A stretch of DNA of 6,083 nt from a virus. Location: IMG/VR virus record IMGVR_UViG_3300020026_000011, positions 1-6,083 of that record; one strand, 5' to 3'. The notes under the pieces were generated by a model. It worked only from the letters and a program-made list of their open reading frames with translations, made no database searches and was not told the origin of the DNA. Numbering within the stretch: position 1 is the first letter of the stretch; the number at the start of each line of letters is the position of its first letter. The position numbers and the translations under genes are program-made. Positions 5,476 to 6,083 of this stretch are shown piece after piece.

Positions 5476-5772
5476 CTATTTTTCTTCAGAATTAGAAGAT
5501 TTAGAAGTAGGCTTCGACCTATCCAACCCTGAATCAATAAGTTCCTGGCCAACCTCGAGGCCGTCAAACTTATCCATACGAGAGAATGAATTAGGGTCGA
5601 AATCAATCTCGGGGTCAAACCTTTCGCCCTTGTCGAAGTCAGAGGGCTCGACAACCACGTCCGGACGACCAGGCAAAACGTCGACAGAGCCAGAACCATC
5701 GAGGACAGACATAATTCGCTGACCGCGGGAAACATAGGCGGGAGCGTCTTCGAGTAACCAATCAAGTGCCAT
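5476..5772 (-). CDS. Hypothetical acidic 98-aa protein (possible internal scaffolding protein)
   Basis: The ATG lies 12 nt after the VP1 stop, in the same frame. The protein is very acidic, with repeated F-D dipeptides (SDFDKGERFDPEIDFDPNSFSRMDKFDG). Position and composition resemble the VP3/B-type scaffolding proteins of Microviridae. I see no motif-level proof. Confidence 0.6.
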   Translation of the reverse strand: MALDWLLEDAPAYVSRGQRIMSVLDGSGSVDVLPGRPDVVVEPSDFDKGERFDPEIDFDPNSFSRMDKFDGLEVGQELIDSGLDRSKPTSKSSNSEEK

Positions 5773-5784
5773 AAGATCAATGTA

Positions 5785-6083
5785 TTAACGATTAGACAAA
5801 CGGGTTGCAAAAGTTTTATTAACAAGGTTCTTCTTCTGGACGGCATAAGACATATTCACAAAGAAATTATCCTCAACATTTGACTGAAAAGGAGAATTAA
5901 CTTGGGCCAAATCGACAAAAAGAAGGGGATAATAACTAACCTCAGGGAGAGAACCGGTTCCACTATGGGTATAAACAGTGCGCTGCTGAACCCAATAAGA
6001 ATAAAGGGGAACTCCAGATCCACCTTCAGCCTCCGGCATATTGTAAGCCTGGAGCTGACCTAACACCTCGTCGTAAGAAGAAC
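5785..6083 (-). CDS. VP1: C-terminal part of the same major capsid protein gene. Positions 5963-6083 duplicate 1-121. Stop TAA at 5787-5785.
   Basis: The first codon of track ORF 5785..6066 is GTG (plus cac at 6064-6066), which is an internal Val of VP1 and not a real start. The sequence ...YDEVLGQLQAYNMPEAEGGSGVPLYSYWVQQRTVYTHSGTGSLPEVSYYPLLFVDLAQVNSPFQSNVEDNFFVNMSYAVQKKNLVNKTFATRLSNR* is continuous with the reading frame at 1-121. Confidence 0.9.
   Translation of the reverse strand, partial: SSYDEVLGQLQAYNMPEAEGGSGVPLYSYWVQQRTVYTHSGTGSLPEVSYYPLLFVDLAQVNSPFQSNVEDNFFVNMSYAVQKKNLVNKTFATRLSNR
5963..6083. repeat. Right copy of the 121-nt terminal direct repeat (circular-genome overlap)
   Basis: It is identical base for base to 1-121, giving a period of 5962 nt. 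Confidence 0.95.

Noticed and set aside
5343-5846. N-terminal 168 codons of the 231-aa track ORF 5151..5846
   Set aside because: This part fully overlaps the 98-aa gene and the end of VP1 in the +1 frame, crosses the hairpin and T-tract region, and encodes Leu/Ser/Thr-rich low-complexity sequence. Only the 3' 63 codons have a coherent protein signature (signal peptide plus lipobox). The intermediate start at 5453 remains an open alternative.

Overview
The window is one complete circular ssDNA phage genome of the family Microviridae, linearised with a terminal overlap. Bases 1-121 are identical to 5963-6083, so the unit length is 5,962 nt. All credible genes lie on the minus strand of the window, so the packaged, mRNA-sense strand is the reverse complement.

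Gene order on the coding strand:
- 66-aa ORF (2896-2696)
- Rep/VP4 HUH initiator (2696-1626)
- major capsid VP1, 599 aa (1622-1, continuing 5962-5785). The ORF track misses it because it wraps the junction.
- acidic 98-aa protein (5772-5476)
- long hairpin plus T-tract
- small lipoprotein (5342-5151)
- pilot protein VP2 (5149-3869)
- Bacteroides-type promoter motif
- basic 109-aa protein (3788-3459)
- acidic 107-aa protein (3456-3133)
- strong intrinsic terminator
- a roughly 150-nt G+C-rich multi-hairpin non-coding region

None of the 8 genes has a Shine-Dalgarno sequence. Together with the TTTG/TAnnTTTG promoter motif and an LSSC lipobox, this suggests a Bacteroidota host (an Alpavirinae-like lineage). 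That host assignment is inference only.

The points most worth follow-up are:
- the stand-alone lipoprotein gene coupled to VP2, a candidate lysis or superinfection-exclusion function in a genome with no recognisable lysis gene
- the structured intergenic region, a candidate replication origin
- the terminator and promoter layout that splits the genome into expression modules
- two overprinted membrane-protein-like ORFs, which are weak candidates

No homology search could be run. The VP1, VP2 and Rep calls rest on motifs I recognise. All small proteins are hypothetical.
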